From Actinomycetes bacterium (GTDB lineage Bacteria > Actinomycetota > Acidimicrobiia > Acidimicrobiales > JANYDT01), in contig JANLQX010000376.1 of assembly GCA_031368095.1 (NCBI GenBank), positions 1-46,596 on the forward strand: DNA of 46,596 nucleotides, written 5' to 3'. Shown here one piece after another: positions 42,560-46,596 of the stretch. Below the pieces are notes generated by a model. That model was not told where the DNA came from. It searched no databases and saw nothing but the letters and a program-made list of their open reading frames with translations. The translations under genes and the position numbers were made by a program. Every line of letters starts with the position of its first letter. Positions within the stretch are counted from its first letter, which is position 1.

Positions 42560-42592
42560 AAGATTGGACGACTGGAGTAGCTTCGGCGGATG

Positions 42593-43930
42593 TCAAGACG
42601 GGCGTTGCGACAGGAAGAAGTCGCGACGGTTTCGGGCTTCGTCGCGAAGCCCGTCAAGATCGACGGTCACGCATGCACCCTCGCGCACCACCGCCCGACC
42701 GGCAACCCAGACATCGCGTACCGATCGGCCATCGGATCCCCAGATGAGCTGACGAACGGGGTCGACGCTGCGGGGAACGAACTGCGAGCCGACGGTGGAA
42801 TGAACGACAAGGTCGGCTTGCTTGCCGACTTCGATCGACCCGATCAGCTCACCTTTGCCGATCGCCCGGGCTCCCCCGATGGTGGCCAGGGCGAGCGCGT
42901 CGTGCGCGCTGGACGCGAAGGGATCTTCTGCGCGATCGCGAGCGAGACCGACGAAGAGCGTTGCCGCTCGCAGGATGTCAACCGCGTCGCCGGCGTTCTC
43001 GGCGTCGCAACCAAGGGCCAGACGTCCGCCGCGCCGCAGCAGTTCGTCGTGACGATTGGCGCCGACGAATCCCTGGGCCAACCTCAGGTAGGCCCACGGA
43101 CACGAAGCCACCGCCGCGTCGTTGGTCAGCACCGCTTCCACTTCGTCGTCGTCGAGATGCACCCCGTGGGCGATCAGCACATGCGGTCCGAGCACGCCGA
43201 GTTGATCCAGGTGAACGAGCGGCCGACGACCGGTGCGAGCGAGGTAGGTCTGCGAATCGCCACGGTGGGGCGACATATGGAACGTGAAGCCCACCCGCCT
43301 GTTGCGGGCCAGGTCACTAGCTCCAGCGACCAACGCATCACTCATGAGGTCGTGACCGACGAGCGTGACCCAGGCCTCGACCAGCCCGCCCGCCGGATAG
43401 CGATCGAGAAGCTCGCTGGCACGACTCAGCACTTCGTCGGCCGGGGCGGCGAAAGGGAGTCCATCGACGTCCCACCCCCACTGGCCGAGCGTGCCGCGCA
43501 CGCCAACCGTGTTCATCGCCGCCGCCACTCGGTCGGGGTGAGAGACCGTACCCGCCTCGATGGTGCACGTGATGCCGTTTCCGACGGCGCTGATCGCGGC
43601 GAGCGTGGCCGACAGCTCATCGTCGTCACCCGTATGCGCGCTGTGAACCGGCACGGCCCACTGGTAGATAGCGTCCTGCGAGTCGATCGAGTCGGGAATG
43701 CACGAGTTCACGAGGCGATCACCGGTGAGGTGTTGGTGGGCGTTGATGTATCCCGGCGTCACGATGTCGTCGACCCCGCCGAGAACCGGCCACGTCGAGT
43801 GAGCGACTCGCAGCGCACCGAAGGGCGCCACTGCGGTGATGATGGAACCGCTCACCGCAACCGCACCATCGGTGATCACGTCACGGGCTTCGTTCATGGT
43901 GATGACCTCGCCCCGTACCAAGAACTCCAT
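42593..43930 (-). CDS. Amidohydrolase (MtaD/SsnA/AtzA-like deaminase group)
   Basis: PGYINAHQH, AHGVH, LGCD, ATIGGARAIG...GSIEVGKQADLV; start set at ATG 43930. Confidence 0.9.
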   Translation of the reverse strand: MEFLVRGEVITMNEARDVITDGAVAVSGSIITAVAPFGALRVAHSTWPVLGGVDDIVTPGYINAHQHLTGDRLVNSCIPDSIDSQDAIYQWAVPVHSAHTGDDDELSATLAAISAVGNGITCTIEAGTVSHPDRVAAAMNTVGVRGTLGQWGWDVDGLPFAAPADEVLSRASELLDRYPAGGLVEAWVTLVGHDLMSDALVAGASDLARNRRVGFTFHMSPHRGDSQTYLARTGRRPLVHLDQLGVLGPHVLIAHGVHLDDDEVEAVLTNDAAVASCPWAYLRLAQGFVGANRHDELLRRGGRLALGCDAENAGDAVDILRAATLFVGLARDRAEDPFASSAHDALALATIGGARAIGKGELIGSIEVGKQADLVVHSTVGSQFVPRSVDPVRQLIWGSDGRSVRDVWVAGRAVVREGACVTVDLDGLRDEARNRRDFFLSQRPS

Positions 43931-43949
43931 CGGCAAAGGTTGGCACATC

Positions 43950-44954
43950 ATGTCCACTGACCATCTGACCACCGACACGCTCTGTCACAACGAGGCGCTG
44001 CGCACGAGCTGGTACGCCGTAGCCCGCAGTGCCGACGTTTCTTCGCAGCCGGTTGGCCTGACGCTGCTCGCCACGCCGGTGGTGCTGTACCGAAGCGGAT
44101 CAGGCGTGGTGGCGGCGCCCGATCGATGTCCGCATCGTGAGGCCCCGCTATCGGCGGGAACGGTCGTAAACGGATGCCTCACGTGTCCGTACCACGGGTG
44201 GACGTTCGCCGACGATGGTCGGTGCGTAAACATCCCGTCAGCCGACGATGGTGTCCCGGTTCCCCCCCGTGCCCATCTCACGTCGTATGCCTGCGAGGAG
44301 CGATACGGCCTCGTTTGGCTGTGTCTCGGCACGCCGGCCACTCCCCTGCCGTTCATTGCTGACGACGACGATCCACGCTTTCGTCGCATCAATACCCCGG
44401 TTGAAACATGGGCTACCTCGGCCACGCGGATGACCGACAACTTCCTTGACGTGTCGCACTTTCCCTATGTACACGTAGGGACGTTTGGACGGGCCCAGGA
44501 CACGAAGGTGCCGAGGGTCGAACTCACCGAACTCGGTGGCGGATGGACCGGATATTCCTACGAAGTGCTCGCCAACAACGACGCGCTCGGCTCCGTGGCC
44601 AGCGGTCAGACGACAGGTGTGGTGGAGCGGGCCATGAGCACCGGCTTCGCCCTCCCGTTCCATGTGCGCAGCACGATCCGCTACGGGACCGGGCTCGAGC
44701 ACATTCTGTTGCTGCTGAGTACACCGATCGACGACGTGACGTCGTTGTTCACCTTCGTGGTGTGGCGTAACGACGATTTCGCCACGCCGGCCGACGAGAT
44801 CATCCGTTTCGACCTTGCCATCGGAGCCGAGGACAAGCGAATGTTGGAAATGCTCGACGGCGTGCTGCCGCTGGAACAGACCGCGTTAGTAAGCGTGCAG
44901 GCTGACCGGTGCAGCGTCGAATGGCGCCGCCGCCTGGTCGCCTTCCTCAGCTGA
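43950..44954 (+). CDS. Rieske oxygenase, VanA/NdmA-like demethylase group
   Basis: WYAVA, DRCPHR...CPYHGW, DNFLDVSHFPYVH, EDKRML, ADRCSVEWRR. Confidence 0.88.
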   Translation: MSTDHLTTDTLCHNEALRTSWYAVARSADVSSQPVGLTLLATPVVLYRSGSGVVAAPDRCPHREAPLSAGTVVNGCLTCPYHGWTFADDGRCVNIPSADDGVPVPPRAHLTSYACEERYGLVWLCLGTPATPLPFIADDDDPRFRRINTPVETWATSATRMTDNFLDVSHFPYVHVGTFGRAQDTKVPRVELTELGGGWTGYSYEVLANNDALGSVASGQTTGVVERAMSTGFALPFHVRSTIRYGTGLEHILLLLSTPIDDVTSLFTFVVWRNDDFATPADEIIRFDLAIGAEDKRMLEMLDGVLPLEQTALVSVQADRCSVEWRRRLVAFLS

Positions 44955-46574
44955 TCAGCTACTGCACGACAGCATCGAGCAACCGACCTTGGTGCGGGCC
45001 CACTCCGGACGTTTCGCGGCGAACCGCTCCCGGCCCGGTTGTTCGTCGTAGGGATGGCGCAGGACATCGAGCATCTCCGTAATCAAGGCTGGGTCACCCG
45101 CGGTCGCCGCGTCGATGATTTCCTGGGCCAGATAGTTGCGCAGCACGAACCGCGGATTCACGGCGTCCATCGAACTCCGACGTTCGTCATTGCCAAGTCC
45201 GCTCTCGGCGGCCCGCCGACCCCAGTCTCGGAGCCATGCCAGAAGGTCAGCGCGCAGACTATCGACGATCTCGTGCGCCTGATACCAGGCATCGTCAACG
45301 GGTCGAAGCAGCTCGTCGTCGGATGCAGTCGACGCAACCGGCACCTGCGCAAGGTTGCGGTGAAAGATCACCTGATCAACTTCAGTGCGGGCGAACAACT
45401 GCATGAGCCGGTGCACAAGTTCATCGTCGCCGCGGCGATACTGACCCCAGCCGAGACGCGTCGACATCATTACCCGGTACTTCGTGGCGTAGTCGTCGGC
45501 AAACATGTCGATGATGCTCTGGAGCGGAGCGGGATCGCCGAGCAGCGGAACGAGCGCATTGGCCAGCTGCACAAGGTTCCAGTGCACCACCTGGGGCTGC
45601 GCCCCGTAGCGGTAGCGCTTCATCTCGGCGTCGGTGGTGTTCGGCGTCCAGCCGGGATCGAAGTCTTCGAGCCATCCATAGGGGCCGAAGTCAATGGTGA
45701 GGCCGAGGATCGACATGTTGTCAGTATTGAGCACGCCGTGAACGAAGCCGACTCGCATCCAGTGCACCACGAGGTCAGCTGAACGAGTGCAGACCTCAGC
45801 GAAAAACGCCACGACCTGATCCTCGAAACTTCGACCCTCGACGAGATGAGGGAAATCGTGCCGGATCGTGAACTCCGTAAGCGCGCGGAGCACATCGAAT
45901 TCCCCACGTGAGGCGGGAAGCTGAAAGTTGCCGAAGCGGACGAAGCTCGGCGCCACTCGGCAGACCACGGCACCCGGTTCGATCGCCGGATGGCCGTCGT
46001 AGAGCATGTCGCGCATCACTCCGTCGCCGGTAGCCACGAGGCTGAGGGCCCGCGTGGTCGGGACACCGAGATGGAACATCGCCTCGCTACAGAGGAACTC
46101 GCGGATCGATGAACGGAGCACGGCGCGACCATCGGCCGTCCGCGAATATGGCGTGGGCCCGGCGCCTTTGAGCTGCAGGGTCTGGTGCTGCCCACGGACA
46201 TCGATGACCTCACCGATCGCCAAGGCTCGGCCGTCGCCGAGCTGACCGGCCCAATTGCCGAACTGGTGGCCGCCATAGACCATGGCAAACGGATCGGCGC
46301 CACTCGGCAGGCGGTTGCCGGAAAAAACGGCAGCGAAATCGTCACTGGTGGCAGTCGCTTCGTCGATGCCGAGATCGTGCGCAACCTCGAGTGACCACGC
46401 CAGGGTGACCGGTCCGGCGGTAGGTGTGGGGTGAACCCGACTGAAGAGCGCGCCCCGAACCTGTCGGCGGGGACCGTCGACGATCTCATCGGCCGGGAGT
46501 TCGGCTGTGAACCGGTTGTCGAACGCCAACGCATCGAGTGCGTCGAGTGCGTGGTCCGGGAGCGGGGTGGGCAT
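44955..46574 (-). CDS. selO: Protein adenylyltransferase SelO/YdiU
   Basis: YGGHQFG..AGQLGDGRA, LKGAGPTPYSR.ADGRAVLRSSIRE, HGVLNTDN, DFGPYG, NP.FVLRNY, C-terminal GCSMLSCSS. Confidence 0.96.
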   Translation of the reverse strand: MPTPLPDHALDALDALAFDNRFTAELPADEIVDGPRRQVRGALFSRVHPTPTAGPVTLAWSLEVAHDLGIDEATATSDDFAAVFSGNRLPSGADPFAMVYGGHQFGNWAGQLGDGRALAIGEVIDVRGQHQTLQLKGAGPTPYSRTADGRAVLRSSIREFLCSEAMFHLGVPTTRALSLVATGDGVMRDMLYDGHPAIEPGAVVCRVAPSFVRFGNFQLPASRGEFDVLRALTEFTIRHDFPHLVEGRSFEDQVVAFFAEVCTRSADLVVHWMRVGFVHGVLNTDNMSILGLTIDFGPYGWLEDFDPGWTPNTTDAEMKRYRYGAQPQVVHWNLVQLANALVPLLGDPAPLQSIIDMFADDYATKYRVMMSTRLGWGQYRRGDDELVHRLMQLFARTEVDQVIFHRNLAQVPVASTASDDELLRPVDDAWYQAHEIVDSLRADLLAWLRDWGRRAAESGLGNDERRSSMDAVNPRFVLRNYLAQEIIDAATAGDPALITEMLDVLRHPYDEQPGRERFAAKRPEWARTKVGCSMLSCSS

Positions 46575-46596
46575 GGCGCTAGGCGACCAGGGCGTG

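Noticed and set aside
44949-44960. Palindrome agctgatcagct and possible selenocysteine read-through at the selO TGA
   Set aside because: It is simply two abutting TGA stops; SelO already ends in the Cys-type CSS motif.

Overview
High-GC actinobacterial DNA, most consistent with Acidimicrobiia (inferred from mihF, the conserved gene order, P/E/T/A-rich linkers in surface proteins and many apparently leaderless genes). Left half: the minus-strand housekeeping cluster carA-carB-pyrD-pyrF-mihF-gmk-rpoZ-coaBC-metK-priA. It is headed by a PyrR-type attenuator and interrupted by an SDR gene remnant and a plus-strand epimerase/NlpC-P60 pair. An alpha/beta hydrolase, an S41 peptidase and a frameshifted DUF222/HNH gene lie to its left. 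Middle: CopC/CopD fusion, ECF sigma/anti-sigma-like pair, SDR, EamA, LysE, DedA-like protein, dapB, a heterodimeric ABC exporter and an LLM pseudogene. Right (31.1-45.0 kb): an apparently uncharacterised catabolic island with a FadR-type regulator, cupin, hydantoinase/oxoprolinase A+B, two Rieske oxygenases without a reductase, an MDR oxidoreductase, an NMT1-like ABC importer, SnoaL, two VOC proteins and an atypical amidohydrolase. An exact 18-bp operator-like sequence is shared by two of its promoter regions. selO/ydiU ends the window. Recurrent oddity: three genes have a diverged 28-36 bp copy of their own start or end placed in tandem, each forming a mini-ORF that overlaps a start or stop codon. 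No tRNA, rRNA or CRISPR array was seen. All calls come from motif recognition by eye; no searches were run.
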